Shown here: piece by piece, positions 1 through 10,755 of the stretch | Layout of the letters: each line of letters begins with the position of its first letter | Numbering within the stretch: the stretch's first letter is position 1 | Assembly: GCA_963701295.1 (NCBI GenBank) | Contig: OY969585.1 | Location: forward strand, 1,184,001-1,248,000 | Direction of reading: 5' to 3' | Length of the DNA: 64,000 nucleotides | Source: Ignavibacteriota bacterium | GTDB taxonomy: Bacteria; Bacteroidota; Ignavibacteria; UBA10030 | Translations under genes and position numbers: made by a program | The notes under the pieces: model-generated | The model's database searches: none | Seen by the model: the letters and a program-made list of their open reading frames with translations, nothing else | What the model was told of the DNA's origin: nothing

Positions 1-743
1 CTACTATCACCGGCAATCTTTCCAGCATTACCGTTACGATAAATGGAGGAACGAATGGAGTGAAAGGGACCGGCAACCTGAAGGTTACTGCTGCTCAAAG
101 TGTTGCAGGAAGTGTTGATGGTATCCCAGGTCCTCAAATAGGAGACAGTATTCTCATTCCATTTAGCTCATTAAGTGTCGGAGTTGCAAATGTGATCGAT
201 TTTTCATCTGCTGGAGTGTCTGTAACTTCGGGAACAGATTTTCAGATTGTTTTGGAAACAACGAATGTCGGAGATACTCTCCAACTTCTTCTAGATGATG
301 GATCATTGAACATTGATCGTAGTTCGTCGTATCGGAATGGTTTGAAAGGACTTGGCTGGTACAATAGGGCCGATCCTAATTATGGATCCGGTAAACAACC
401 GGATGACAATAATCTTCTTATCACAGCAGATATTGCAGTGCTAGCAACAGCAGTCGAATATAGTACTCCTGAATTGCCGACATCGTTTGTGTTGAAGCAG
501 AACTATCCAAATCCATTTAATCCTACAACAAAGATCACATATATAATTCCAACCGCGAGCAAAGTTACATTGAAGATATTTAACCTGCTCGGACAACTCG
601 TTGCGACTTTAGTTGATGAACAACAGGAAGCAAATACTTATGTGAAGGAATTTGATGCTTCCCGCTTGGCTTCCGGAACCTATTTCTATCAAATTAAGGC
701 CGGGAACTTTAACTCCACAAAGAAAATGATTCTGATAAAATAA
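1..743 (+). CDS. T9SS type A sorting domain-containing protein (5'-partial)
   Basis: Frame is open from the window edge (TITGNLSSITVTINGG...); C-terminus has the LxQNYPNPFNPTT...GTYFYQI...KKMILIK sorting domain. Confidence 0.88.
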   Translation, partial: TITGNLSSITVTINGGTNGVKGTGNLKVTAAQSVAGSVDGIPGPQIGDSILIPFSSLSVGVANVIDFSSAGVSVTSGTDFQIVLETTNVGDTLQLLLDDGSLNIDRSSSYRNGLKGLGWYNRADPNYGSGKQPDDNNLLITADIAVLATAVEYSTPELPTSFVLKQNYPNPFNPTTKITYIIPTASKVTLKIFNLLGQLVATLVDEQQEANTYVKEFDASRLASGTYFYQIKAGNFNSTKKMILIK

Positions 744-765
744 CAAGCGGTAGTGTTCATTCAAA

Positions 766-806
766 GAAAGCCCTCATGCAGAAATGCCTTAGGGCTTTCG
801 TGTTTC
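766..806 (+). terminator. Intrinsic terminator
   Basis: Stem GAAAGCCCT (766-774) / AGGGCTTTC (791-799) followed by a T-rich tail, just after the stop codon. Confidence 0.7.
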
Positions 807-1358
807 ATCATCACAAGTTGACTTGTGAGTTTCCCAAAGAAATATAACTCTAAAGGTAAAAAATCAAAAGTCAATTTGCCGTGATGTTGGAATTTCCGTC
901 CCGACATAATATTGTCCAATTATTACCTTCTATTATTGTTGACAGAGTCAATTGGCTGAAAAACTTTTATAACACGTACAAGGGAGATCATGATCACCGA
1001 TTGACTTGCTTTTACTATGCCTCGTGTGTTCTTCTTGCCTTTGATATACATCAACATGTGCACACTTACTTAAGAATGATGGAGACGGGAACCACTATAA
1101 TAGTGTCTTCGTTCATATAAAGCGAAGATATGGACAATGATCAGTTTATACAAAGTAAGTCTATTTGAACAACGAATAATCGAGTGGTATTGTAAATCAC
1201 AATTCATAGAAGTAATAATTTGGTATATTCTTATGGAATATTATGTGACGATTATTGAATCAGAATATAACTCCAATCAAAGGAACGGTGTTTTTTACGG
1301 AAAAATCACAACAGGCTGGAAAGTGCTCATACTAAAATTTTGGCAGGATATCTGTTCT

Positions 1359-1793
1359 CTGAAAATATTTTGTGTTTTCTTCATAATGGTGTTTTTTTGT
1401 ATTCTCAATATTTCTTGTTCTTCAAGCAAGCAAGAAACCCGCAGCGAACAAACCAATACTGCAAGTACACCTCTATTGCCAACGACACAAGAGAAAACGG
1501 CGGTCCAAGACAGCGTACCTTCAACGGCATCACTGCACTTTGCCCCAATTGTGAATGATACTGTAACCGGTGTACTGTACGTTACAGGGAACGAGCCGTT
1601 CACAAAAGTTGGATTGCAGACTTCATACGGGACAATGTATATCTTAAAATGCACAAAAGAGATCGAATCAGACTTACGTGCTATGCAAGGAAAGATTGTA
1701 AACGTTCACTATGATAGTATGGACCAAATTCCAGAGGGGCAAGCTCTGAAGGTTGTAAAGATTGAATATCTACAACAACGTACAGTTAAATGA
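1359..1793 (+). CDS. Hypothetical lipoprotein (start uncertain: CTG 1359 or ATG 1386)
   Basis: Hydrophobic stretch ending in a lipobox-like NISC, then a Ser/Thr-rich linker and a small beta domain (GVLYVTGNEPF); the upstream part of the listed ORF is AT-rich and probably non-coding. Confidence 0.65.
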   Translation: MKIFCVFFIMVFFCILNISCSSSKQETRSEQTNTASTPLLPTTQEKTAVQDSVPSTASLHFAPIVNDTVTGVLYVTGNEPFTKVGLQTSYGTMYILKCTKEIESDLRAMQGKIVNVHYDSMDQIPEGQALKVVKIEYLQQRTVK

Positions 1794-1825
1794 TAATCAT
1801 CTCACATTAGAGTGGAAGATATCAT

Positions 1826-4114
1826 ATGCAGCATTATTTCGTTCGGCAGTTTATAGGTTTTATATTAAGTTTCTTGGTTTGCACAACACTTCATGCACAA
1901 CCCTTGAAACAAATAGCGACAGAGAAAGGCATGCTTCCGAACAGCTATCCGATTCATGGATCAGATCTACTCTGGAAACAGGAGCTTGAAGTACGAGAAT
2001 TTGTGGCACAACATCCGGAAGCTCTTCAATCGAGCGCATTGCACAAAACCGCATGGACGTTCGGAGTGGGTTCTGCCAAATCATGGTACGCAGATAACTT
2101 GATTACCCGTAACAACAGCGACAGATACCAAATATCTTCGACCTGCCGTGCTGTAGGCATCAACTGCTATATTTTTGTGGAAGACTCGAGCTGGAACACT
2201 CATGTGAATCAAGCAGCCGTTGATTCCATACGTATCTATTTTGACTCCAAAACACCTGCGAATCCTTCCAAGGGAATTTTTACTACTGATACGTCTGCCT
2301 TCGGTAATCCACCCGATGTCGATCATGACCCGAAGATTATAATTCTGCTCCTCAATATTAAAGATGGCTACAGCGGCAGCGGCGGTTTTGCCGAAGGGTA
2401 CTTCTATTCATTCAATGAAGTCAATCCTTTGACACCAGGATATAGCACAAGCAATTTCGCAGAAATGTTTTATATTGATACGAATCCGCTTGACCTTATG
2501 ACATCAGAAGGATTAGCATCCGGAATTTCAACACTCGCACATGAATTTCAACATATGATTCATTTTAACTACGCATCACTTATCAATGGAAAATCTAACG
2601 GAGATTTGACATTCATTGATGAAGGTTGTTCGGTACTCGCTGAAGTGAACTGTGGTTTCCCTATCTATAATCCAATACTCTACGCAAACGAACCCAACCA
2701 TTATCTCTTTGACTGGCGCAGCGGTGACATGACCCATGTGCTTAACGATTATTCAAGAGCTGCTCGGTTTTTTGTGTATATGCGGGATCAAGTTGGCATG
2801 AGTCTCTTTAAAAATATCGTCGCAAGTCCGCTCTATGGCGTACCACAAATTGATGCAGGTTTCCAGGTAATCGCATCTAGTTTTCGGTTTGCTGACATCC
2901 TAAAGAATTGGTTTGTCGCCAATATCTTAGATGATAGAACGTTTGATACAAAGTATGGATATCTCTATCCTAACCTTCCAAAATCAGTAGAACATACTTT
3001 TTATAATCCTACTGTTGTTCTCACAACCGACACTGTACAGAATTATGCAGTGGAATATCTTGCCTTCAAGAATGGTTCTCAATTGAGGACAACTATCACA
3101 TGCAGCAATTCTGCTTTAGTGGTAAAGGCAGTTGAGATCGGTCCTTCATCTAAAAGAGTTTTAGATGTAACAAATGGAGTAGAATTTTACGAACCTGAAT
3201 TTGGAACTACCTATAGCGAAGTTCATTTCATCATAATGAACACAAGTCCTACTACACAATACACATATACATATGCCGCGTCAGGTACCGGCGGTAATGC
3301 TGTAGAATTGAAATATGATTTAACTGAACCGACCGGTTATCTGTCTGGTGCGATAGGTGATACGGTATGTGTATGGTTCAATGGTGTTCCTGATGGAAAA
3401 CTTGATTCGGTGCGAGTGGCACTTCGAAGGGCTGGTATGATGACTGGCGGCGTTTGGACTTACACTGGAGTAGTACAACCCTCGCCGTTAGGCGCACCGC
3501 TTGCTGTACCGGTAACCGTAACAGTCACTCAAACTCCAAGTTATCCATATCCTGTACCGTGGCCAAACTGGGGTACAATCGATTTAAGAACGAAGAATAT
3601 CGATGCGAGTAAAGCGTTTGCCGTTGCTTTTATTGATCAAGGTGATTATGCGACACAACCGCGTGTTATGGTTACGGAATCCCCATTGCCAGGTGAGATT
3701 ACCAGTCTTACATATTCTCATGCTTCATCTTCACCAAACTGGTATTACCCCACTTCGAATGACACTGGAGACTCTGTCTATACTTATCTTATCCGGGCAT
3801 ATGTGAGTATTGATACATCGGGAGAAAAACAAAATGTCGAATTGACTCCCGCCTCTTTCGTTCTGGAACAAAATTATCCCAATCCCTTCAATCCTACTAC
3901 CACCATTAAGTTCCAAATATCATCGAAAGGATTTGTAACATTAAAGATCTATGATATGATCGGACGGGAAGTAGCCACACTGGTGAACGGATTCCAGGAA
4001 ACTGGAATACACGATGTGAAGTTTGATGCCTCAAACCTGCCAAGCGGTGTCTATCTCTATCGTATCACTGCCGGCACATATGCAGAAACGAGGAAACTCG
4101 TGCTCATTAAATAA
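1826..4114 (+). CDS. Secreted zinc metallopeptidase (M30/hyicolysin-like) with T9SS C-terminal domain
   Basis: Signal peptide, FGNPPDVDHDPKI segment, AHEFQHMIH zincin motif, downstream DEG, C-terminal QNYPNPFNP domain. Confidence 0.82.
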   Translation: MQHYFVRQFIGFILSFLVCTTLHAQPLKQIATEKGMLPNSYPIHGSDLLWKQELEVREFVAQHPEALQSSALHKTAWTFGVGSAKSWYADNLITRNNSDRYQISSTCRAVGINCYIFVEDSSWNTHVNQAAVDSIRIYFDSKTPANPSKGIFTTDTSAFGNPPDVDHDPKIIILLLNIKDGYSGSGGFAEGYFYSFNEVNPLTPGYSTSNFAEMFYIDTNPLDLMTSEGLASGISTLAHEFQHMIHFNYASLINGKSNGDLTFIDEGCSVLAEVNCGFPIYNPILYANEPNHYLFDWRSGDMTHVLNDYSRAARFFVYMRDQVGMSLFKNIVASPLYGVPQIDAGFQVIASSFRFADILKNWFVANILDDRTFDTKYGYLYPNLPKSVEHTFYNPTVVLTTDTVQNYAVEYLAFKNGSQLRTTITCSNSALVVKAVEIGPSSKRVLDVTNGVEFYEPEFGTTYSEVHFIIMNTSPTTQYTYTYAASGTGGNAVELKYDLTEPTGYLSGAIGDTVCVWFNGVPDGKLDSVRVALRRAGMMTGGVWTYTGVVQPSPLGAPLAVPVTVTVTQTPSYPYPVPWPNWGTIDLRTKNIDASKAFAVAFIDQGDYATQPRVMVTESPLPGEITSLTYSHASSSPNWYYPTSNDTGDSVYTYLIRAYVSIDTSGEKQNVELTPASFVLEQNYPNPFNPTTTIKFQISSKGFVTLKIYDMIGREVATLVNGFQETGIHDVKFDASNLPSGVYLYRITAGTYAETRKLVLIK

Positions 4115-4133
4115 ATTTACAAGATTTATCAAA

Positions 4134-4174
4134 GAAAGCCCTATCGCAAAAATGCGTTAGGGCTTTCGTATTTC
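4134..4174 (+). terminator. Intrinsic terminator
   Basis: Stem GAAAGCCCTA (4134-4143) / TAGGGCTTTC (4158-4167); near-identical to the hairpin at 766-799. Confidence 0.7.
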
Positions 4175-4182
4175 AGCGTGAG

Positions 4183-4211
4183 TTGCCATTCTTCTATGGC
4201 TTCGTTATATT
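4183..4211 (+). promoter_or_regulatory. Putative sigma70-type promoter
   Basis: TTGCCA-17 nt-TATATT, ending 27 nt upstream of the FAH-family start codon. Confidence 0.5.
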
Positions 4212-4238
4212 GAACCCAGTCAATGGTAGAAAATCGAA

Positions 4239-4910
4239 ATGAACTCTGTAACATTGCGCGGCTCCGTCGAGCCGATTCTTGTTCAAAAAATCATCTGCCT
4301 TGGACAGAACTATGCCGAACACGCGAAAGAAATGAAGTTTGAGGTGCCGGTTTCACCCGTTTTTTTTCTCAAGCCTCCGAGCGCCATCATCCATCAGGGC
4401 GAACAAATTATTATTCCCACAATTTCTAACGATGTTCAACACGAAATAGAATTAACGGTACTCATCGGCAAAAGGGGAAAAAACATCACGCGCAAGTCGG
4501 CATTACAGTACGTGGCAGGATATAGTGTCGGACTCGATATGACCATGCGTGATGTCCAGTTGGAAGCCAAGAAAAAAGGCCTCCCGTGGTCGCTCGCAAA
4601 AGGATTTGATACTTCTGCACCGCTTTCAGAATTTATTCCGGTTGCACTGGTTGGTAACCCAATGTCTCTTAGTATCCAATTGAAAATCAATGGCACCGTG
4701 AGACAATCTTCCAGTACAAGCAAATTGATTTTTCCTGTCGATACAATCATAGCATACATCTCTCAGTTCATGACACTCGAACGAGGAGATATCATTTATA
4801 CCGGCACGCCAGAAGGAGTCTCTCGTGTTGATCATGGCGATACATTAGAAGCCATCCTGCAGCATGCAGATGGACATGTTTTAACATCGTTATCGGTGAG
4901 TGTTCAGTAA
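4239..4910 (+). CDS. Fumarylacetoacetate hydrolase family protein
   Basis: KIICLGQNYAEHAKE, FLKP, HEIEL, DMTMRD, AKGFDT and GDIIYTGTPEGV motifs. Confidence 0.93.
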   Translation: MNSVTLRGSVEPILVQKIICLGQNYAEHAKEMKFEVPVSPVFFLKPPSAIIHQGEQIIIPTISNDVQHEIELTVLIGKRGKNITRKSALQYVAGYSVGLDMTMRDVQLEAKKKGLPWSLAKGFDTSAPLSEFIPVALVGNPMSLSIQLKINGTVRQSSSTSKLIFPVDTIIAYISQFMTLERGDIIYTGTPEGVSRVDHGDTLEAILQHADGHVLTSLSVSVQ

Positions 4911-4998
4911 CGATACATTGGAGATTTCGTTTAAAATTTGTAAAACGCCGATGATAGATTACAAAAAAAGAACTGACAACTAATACTTGACAATTTAC

Positions 4999-5808
4999 AT
5001 GGCTAAAATCATCACCATAGCGATCCCAAAAGGCGGCGTCGGAAAAACAACGACGGCAGTGAATCTTGCTGCAAGTTTCGCTGTCTTAGAAAAACGCGTG
5101 TTGCTCATCGATACAGATCCGTTTGGCGCCTGCAGTATGTCACTTGGAATCACGCCGGAAAAGACAAAAGGCGGATTGTACGAAGTCTTCAACTTTATCC
5201 ATTCCATGGCACAGGTCATTCACCGGACAGACCTTGCATTCTTGGATTTCATTCCGAGTAACATTACATCACAGCAAGCAGAAGAGCGCATCATGCGCTT
5301 ATCGGAAAATCGAACGTTACTGAAGAACATCCTTCGCACCATTACGCCGCACTACGATTATATCATCATTGACACGCCGCCCTTCCTGCGCGGCCTTACG
5401 ACAAACGCCCTTACATGTTCCGATTCTGTGCTCATACCGATTAAGTCGGGACATTTTTCACTCGAAGGTATTGAAAAGATCTTTAAGTACTTCGATTGGA
5501 TTCAAGAAGTGGCAAACAAAAATCTACACATTGAAGGCATCCTTCAAACGATGTACGAGCCGCACACAAAAGTCACAGAAATCACAGATCGTGAGTTGCA
5601 ATTGCGCTTCCGTAAGTATCTTCTCAAAACCATTATTCCGAAAAATACGCATCTCACAGAAGCATCCTTCTATGGTAAACCAGCAGTGCTCTTCAATGCC
5701 TCTTCAAAAGGAACACTGGCGTATTTGGACCTCGCGCGTGAATTAGTCGAACGGCATCAAACGGCACAACCACCTATCGTTCTTCCTTCGCAGATTCAAA
5801 TCGCTTGA
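4999..5808 (+). CDS. ParA/Soj family ATPase (no adjacent parB)
   Basis: Deviant Walker A KGGVGKTT, plus LLIDTDP and IIIDTPP. Confidence 0.92.
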   Translation: MAKIITIAIPKGGVGKTTTAVNLAASFAVLEKRVLLIDTDPFGACSMSLGITPEKTKGGLYEVFNFIHSMAQVIHRTDLAFLDFIPSNITSQQAEERIMRLSENRTLLKNILRTITPHYDYIIIDTPPFLRGLTTNALTCSDSVLIPIKSGHFSLEGIEKIFKYFDWIQEVANKNLHIEGILQTMYEPHTKVTEITDRELQLRFRKYLLKTIIPKNTHLTEASFYGKPAVLFNASSKGTLAYLDLARELVERHQTAQPPIVLPSQIQIA

Positions 5809-5842
5809 ATTTCAATGGCAAACCAATAGAGAGATTGAAAAA

Positions 5843-6235
5843 ATGAGAATAGCCGGTATTTTGATTCTTTTTTTTTCGATCACACTGTCTGCAAGCGGAC
5901 AGGAACAACACACCCTATCGGTGCGAGACACTTCCGTGAATAAGCAGAGAAATTATGATTCGGTATATTTATTCGGAACACGTTCATTTTCGCTTCCCCT
6001 ATCACTGAGAATCATCCCTGAAAATATTCCATATTACCTCACCCAACCGCCGATTGTTTCTTTGCAGTATAGCTCATGGAAATTACGGCAGAATCTTAAT
6101 TTTGCACCTATCTGGAAAATTGAGCTGGCAAAGCAAGAAGAATATAAAACACTCTATACAATCCTGGGATCGATTGAAGCCAGCGGGGTCGCGTATCTTA
6201 CCTACCTACATTTGAAGAAGTACGGCTTGAAATAG
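5843..6235 (+). CDS. Hypothetical exported protein
   Basis: N-terminal signal peptide and plausible gene spacing; no recognised family. Confidence 0.6.
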   Translation: MRIAGILILFFSITLSASGQEQHTLSVRDTSVNKQRNYDSVYLFGTRSFSLPLSLRIIPENIPYYLTQPPIVSLQYSSWKLRQNLNFAPIWKIELAKQEEYKTLYTILGSIEASGVAYLTYLHLKKYGLK

Positions 6236-6243
6236 AAAATATA

Positions 6244-6413
6244 TAGTCGCAGACTTTATGTCCGCGTTTATGCGCACAAACCACAAACCGACCTGCCTGC
6301 CGTAGTACATCATTCACAAACTCAGCTTGGGAATGGAATGACATGAAACTCTGCATCTGGCACGATAAAAGTGGAATTTTGCACAATGAACACTTCCCGA
6401 GCAGAGTTTGGGA
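6244..6413. repeat. Cluster of degenerate REP-like palindromes
   Basis: TAGTCGCAGACTTTATGTCCGCG (19/23 identical to 24675-24697), CCTGCCTGCCGTAG, and the palindrome pair CATTCACAAACTCAGCTTGGGAATG / TTCCCGAGCAGAGTTTGGGA. Confidence 0.5.
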
Positions 6414-6545
6414 GAGAATATATATCGCCCCTTCCTTATCTTCCCTTGTCGTTGATTTCATCCCCCTTTTTTCGTTAATTGAAATGAATGTTATCTCCGC
6501 GGGCAGCGATAAGCTGTCCTTTTTTAGATTAAGAACATAATTCGT

Positions 6546-9293
6546 ATGAACACACAGGAACTTTCGAAAGCATATAATCCAAAAGAAGTCGAAGATAAGT
6601 GGTACTCTTTCTGGGAATCCAACCGGCTGTTTCATGCAACCGTCAATCAAGATAAAACACCATATACGGTCGTCATTCCCCCGCCGAATATTACCGGCAT
6701 CCTCACCATGGGTCACGTGCTGAACAACACCTTGCAGGATGTATTTGTCCGGTGGAAGCGAATGCAGGGATTTGAAGCATGTTGGATCCCCGGCACCGAC
6801 CATGCTGGTATCGCTACTCAGAATGCTGTTGAAAAATCTCTTGCAATAGAAGGCAAGCATCGCCGCGATCTCGGACGCGAAAAATTTATCGCACTCGTGT
6901 GGCAGTGGCGAGATAAATACGGCAGCACTATAATAAAGCAGCTGAGAAAATTAGGCGTCTCCTGCGATTGGGAACGTGAACGTTTCACCATGGACAAAGG
7001 ATTGTCGAATGCAGTAAAAGAAGTCTTCATCCGACTATTCGAAAAAGGACTCGTGTACCGCGGCAAATACATCGTCAACTGGTGCCCACAGCACCAGACC
7101 GCACTGAGCGATGACGAGGTCGATCACTCAGAGACGAACGGGAATCTCTATCATATTAAGTACCCAATTGTCAGTTCAAGCGAATTCGCCGTTGTCGCTA
7201 CCACGCGGCCGGAAACCATGCTCGGCGATACAGCACTGTGTGTGCATCCAAAAGACGAGCGGTACAAGCATTTAATCGGGAAGACTGCGATTCTTCCCAT
7301 CGTCGGACGCAAACTTCCCATCATCGCCGATGATTATATCGACCTGAGCTTCGGAACCGGCGTCATGAAAGTAACTCCGGCACATGATACAAACGATTTC
7401 CTTCTTGGCCAGCGGCATGAACTTGAACAGTTAAACGTCCTTGATGAAACCGGACACTTAAATGCGGCTGTACCAAAGCAATACGAAGGTATGGACAGGT
7501 TCGAATGCCGCAAGCAGCTTGTGAAAGATTTGGAAGCACAAGGTTTCTTGGTGAAAGTTGAACCGTATGTGCACAATATCGGCAAGTGCTATCGCTGTCA
7601 CACTATCATCGAGCCGTGGCTGTCCGATCAGTGGTTTGTGAAAATGAAACCGCTCGCCGCTCCGGCACTGCGCGTTGTGTACGAAGGCAAAGTCCGTTTT
7701 CATCCGGATCGCTGGACGAAAGTATATGAACACTGGATGACGAACATCCGGGATTGGTGCATCTCGCGGCAAATCTGGTGGGGGCATCGGATTCCCGTCT
7801 ATTATACACCCGATGGCAACTACACCGCAGCACGCAGTGAAGAAGAAGCGCGCAAGAAACTTGGTGTCGGTTCAGAAACCACTATTCGACAAGACGAAGA
7901 TGTACTTGATACGTGGTTCTCGTCGTGGCTCTGGCCATTCTCCACGCTTGGCTGGCCGGAAGACAATGCAGATTTGCATTACTTCAATCCGACCAGCACA
8001 TTGGTCACGGCACCCGATATTATTTTCTTCTGGGTCGCACGCATGATTATGGCGAACATGGAATTCATGAAAGGTACTCCGGGACGCGACGGTAAGCCGC
8101 GCAAAAAAGATGATGACCTGATTCCATTCAGTGATGTGTACTTCACGAGCATCATTCGTGATATGGAGGGACGTAAGATGAGCAAGTCGCTCGGCAACTC
8201 TCCTGATCCGCTTGATGTCATTGAACAGTACGGCGCCGATGCATTGCGTTTCACCATTGCGTACCTTGCGCCGCTTGGTCAGGATGTATTGTTCTCCGCA
8301 GAAAAATGCGAGATAGGCAGAAATTTTGCCAACAAAATCTGGAACGCTGGCCGCTTCTTGCTAATGAATAAAAACGAAATTCTTGGTGATATGAAAATCT
8401 CTCTCGATACACTGCCGACAGACCATCTCGATCTTGCCGACCGTTGGATACTCTCGCGGCTCAATCAAGCAATCAAAGCGTTCAACACTTCACTCAACGA
8501 ATTTCATGTCAACGAAGCCACCAAGCTCATCTACGACTTCATCTGGCATGATTTCTGCGATTGGTATGTGGAATTGGTCAAGACCCGCTTCTATGGTGAA
8601 GAACCGAAGGAAGCAAAAACTGCTGTTGTCACGCGCGCGCTCTGGATTTATGATCAAGCATTGCGCCTGCTGCATCCTGTGATGCCGTTTATTTCGGAAG
8701 AACTCTGGCAGCACCTCACAGATCGAAAAGGACAATCGCTTGTGCGCGCTGAATTCCCCGTCGTGTACAAGCGTTACATCAACCAGACGATCGAAGATGA
8801 ATTAAATTTTGTCATTAAAGTTGTCGAAGCAGTTCGGAATATACGCGGCGAGCTGAATGTTGCACCTTCGAAGCAGATAGAAGTGCATATGCACTTATTC
8901 GGAGAAATGGATGAAGAATTCCCGGAAAGTGCCAGTAATATACAAGGACTTCTCAGTTATATCGACCGCCTGTGCCGTGCGAAAACAGTGACAACATGGG
9001 ATGGTAAATCAAAGAAGTTCGAACGCCCCAAAGCTTCCGCAAGCGCAGTAGTGGATGGAACGGAAATCTTTGTGCCGCTGGAAGGCATTATCGATCTCGA
9101 TACCGAACGGAAGCGATTAGAAAAAGAAATCGCACGCCTGCATGGATTGGTAGACGGTATCGAAAGAAAATTAGCGAATGCAAGTTTTGTCGAGAAAGCA
9201 CCAAAGGATGTTGTGGAAAAGGAACACGAGAAGCAGAAGAATATTACGATGAATATGGAGAAGCTGAAAGCAAGTCTAGAGCAGCTAAAATAA
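6546..9293 (+). CDS. valS: Valine--tRNA ligase
   Basis: PPPNITG-HMGH-like HIGH region (LTMGH), GTDHAGIATQ, DWCISRQIWWGH, KMSKS, C-terminal coiled coil. Confidence 0.98.
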   Translation: MNTQELSKAYNPKEVEDKWYSFWESNRLFHATVNQDKTPYTVVIPPPNITGILTMGHVLNNTLQDVFVRWKRMQGFEACWIPGTDHAGIATQNAVEKSLAIEGKHRRDLGREKFIALVWQWRDKYGSTIIKQLRKLGVSCDWERERFTMDKGLSNAVKEVFIRLFEKGLVYRGKYIVNWCPQHQTALSDDEVDHSETNGNLYHIKYPIVSSSEFAVVATTRPETMLGDTALCVHPKDERYKHLIGKTAILPIVGRKLPIIADDYIDLSFGTGVMKVTPAHDTNDFLLGQRHELEQLNVLDETGHLNAAVPKQYEGMDRFECRKQLVKDLEAQGFLVKVEPYVHNIGKCYRCHTIIEPWLSDQWFVKMKPLAAPALRVVYEGKVRFHPDRWTKVYEHWMTNIRDWCISRQIWWGHRIPVYYTPDGNYTAARSEEEARKKLGVGSETTIRQDEDVLDTWFSSWLWPFSTLGWPEDNADLHYFNPTSTLVTAPDIIFFWVARMIMANMEFMKGTPGRDGKPRKKDDDLIPFSDVYFTSIIRDMEGRKMSKSLGNSPDPLDVIEQYGADALRFTIAYLAPLGQDVLFSAEKCEIGRNFANKIWNAGRFLLMNKNEILGDMKISLDTLPTDHLDLADRWILSRLNQAIKAFNTSLNEFHVNEATKLIYDFIWHDFCDWYVELVKTRFYGEEPKEAKTAVVTRALWIYDQALRLLHPVMPFISEELWQHLTDRKGQSLVRAEFPVVYKRYINQTIEDELNFVIKVVEAVRNIRGELNVAPSKQIEVHMHLFGEMDEEFPESASNIQGLLSYIDRLCRAKTVTTWDGKSKKFERPKASASAVVDGTEIFVPLEGIIDLDTERKRLEKEIARLHGLVDGIERKLANASFVEKAPKDVVEKEHEKQKNITMNMEKLKASLEQLK

Positions 9294-9339
9294 TGCTCTG
9301 ATACTTATTACTTTTCACTTAGTAGTTATTACTTGAACT

Positions 9340-9714
9340 ATGTATACAGTCACTATCGAAACAGAATTCTCCGCTGCGCACATCATCCGTGGATATAATG
9401 GTCCATGTTCCCGGCTTCATGGACATAATTGGAAGGTAACTGTCGAAACCAAGACCGATGTGCTTGATACTATCGGCATGAGCGTCGATTTCTATGTGCT
9501 GCAGAAGAAGACCGAAGAGATAGTAGCAAAATTTGATCACCGCGATATGAACAGCATTCCGCCGTTTGATAAAGAACTCAATCCAACATCGGAAAATATT
9601 GCTCGGTACATTTATGATGAACTGAAAAAACTATTGCCTCCGCAGGTAAAACTCTCATTCGTAGCCATTGGAGAGACCAGACAGTATACAGCAAAGTTTT
9701 CAGAGGATCATTAA
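9340..9714 (+). CDS. queD: 6-carboxy-5,6,7,8-tetrahydropterin synthase
   Basis: FSAAH, CxxLHGHNW, NPTSENIA; first gene of the que cluster. Confidence 0.93.
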   Translation: MYTVTIETEFSAAHIIRGYNGPCSRLHGHNWKVTVETKTDVLDTIGMSVDFYVLQKKTEEIVAKFDHRDMNSIPPFDKELNPTSENIARYIYDELKKLLPPQVKLSFVAIGETRQYTAKFSEDH

Positions 9715-9729
9715 TCCATTGAGATATCA

Positions 9730-10389
9730 ATGACAACACCATCACAAGACACACTCATCATCAATGAAATCTTTTTCAGCATCCAAGGTGAATCGACACG
9801 CATTGGACGGCCATGTGTCTTTGTCCGGTTGACGTCATGTGATCTTCGATGCAGTTGGTGCGACACGGCATATGCTTTCGAGGAAGGCACCGAACTGAAC
9901 ATAAATGCTATTCTTCAAAAGGTCAAAGAATACGGATGTAATCTTGTTGAAATCACCGGCGGAGAACCGCTGCTGCAGGAGAATGTTCATCCGTTGATGC
10001 GGCGTCTCTGCGATGAAGCGTTTGAGGTAATGATTGAGACCGGCGGCCACCATGATATCAGCAGGATTGATCCCCGTGTAAAACGAGTTATGGACATTAA
10101 GTGTCCCGGCAGTAAGATGGAAAAGCGAAATCGATGGGAAAACGTTGAAATGCTCAATGCTCATGATGAAGTAAAATTTGTCATTGCTGATTATGCCGAT
10201 TATAAATGGGCAAAACATGTACTCCTGCAATATCAATTGGATAAACGCTGTCCGATTCTTATGTCACCTGTGTTTGGTACATTAGAAAATCGTACATTAG
10301 CAGAGTGGATCCTGCATGATCGTCTTCGTGTCCAATTTCAGCTGCAAATGCATAAATATATTTGGGATCCGACAGCAAGAGGAGTATAA
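9730..10389 (+). CDS. queE: 7-carboxy-7-deazaguanine synthase (radical SAM)
   Basis: [33 protein letters not shown]. Confidence 0.94.
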   Translation: MTTPSQDTLIINEIFFSIQGESTRIGRPCVFVRLTSCDLRCSWCDTAYAFEEGTELNINAILQKVKEYGCNLVEITGGEPLLQENVHPLMRRLCDEAFEVMIETGGHHDISRIDPRVKRVMDIKCPGSKMEKRNRWENVEMLNAHDEVKFVIADYADYKWAKHVLLQYQLDKRCPILMSPVFGTLENRTLAEWILHDRLRVQFQLQMHKYIWDPTARGV

Positions 10390-10390
10390 C

Positions 10391-10750
10391 GTGAATCCAA
10401 TCGATAAACTTGAAACTTTCGACAACAAGTATCCAAACCGTGATTATACTATTACGATCGTGAATCCGGAATTCACTTCCGTCTGCCCCAAAACAGGCCT
10501 GCCCGACTTCGGCACAATCACCATACATTATATTCCGGCAAAGAAATGCATTGAATTGAAATCGCTCAAATATTATTTTATGGAATATCGTTCGATGGGA
10601 ATTTTCTATGAGACAGTCACAAATAGAATCTTAGACGACCTTGTTTCCGTGCTCCATCCGAAATGGATGGAAGTCACGGGTGCGTTCACGGCACGTGGCG
10701 GTATTACTACCACGGTGAAAACTGTGCATTCAAAAAAAGGAAAACACTAG
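10391..10750 (+). CDS. queF: NADPH-dependent preQ0 reductase (short QueF)
   Basis: [23 protein letters not shown] QueF motif, ARGG; GTG start at 10391 directly after queE. Confidence 0.94.
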   Translation: MNPIDKLETFDNKYPNRDYTITIVNPEFTSVCPKTGLPDFGTITIHYIPAKKCIELKSLKYYFMEYRSMGIFYETVTNRILDDLVSVLHPKWMEVTGAFTARGGITTTVKTVHSKKGKH

Positions 10751-10755
10751 GGTCG

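Noticed and set aside
881-1358. 79-aa ORF and the N-terminal extension of the 1137 ORF
   Set aside because: AT-rich with atypical composition and no recognisable motifs; probably intergenic
4999-5808. Plasmid or prophage partition module
   Set aside because: No parB or rep gene, and the context is chromosomal housekeeping
6198-6860. 220-aa minus-strand ORF and similar antisense ORFs within valS, nadA, mfd and ilvD
   Set aside because: Shadow frames of well-supported genes with no independent evidence
9294-9339. preQ1 riboswitch upstream of queD
   Set aside because: The gap is only 46 nt, AT-rich, and lacks the characteristic stem and A-rich tail
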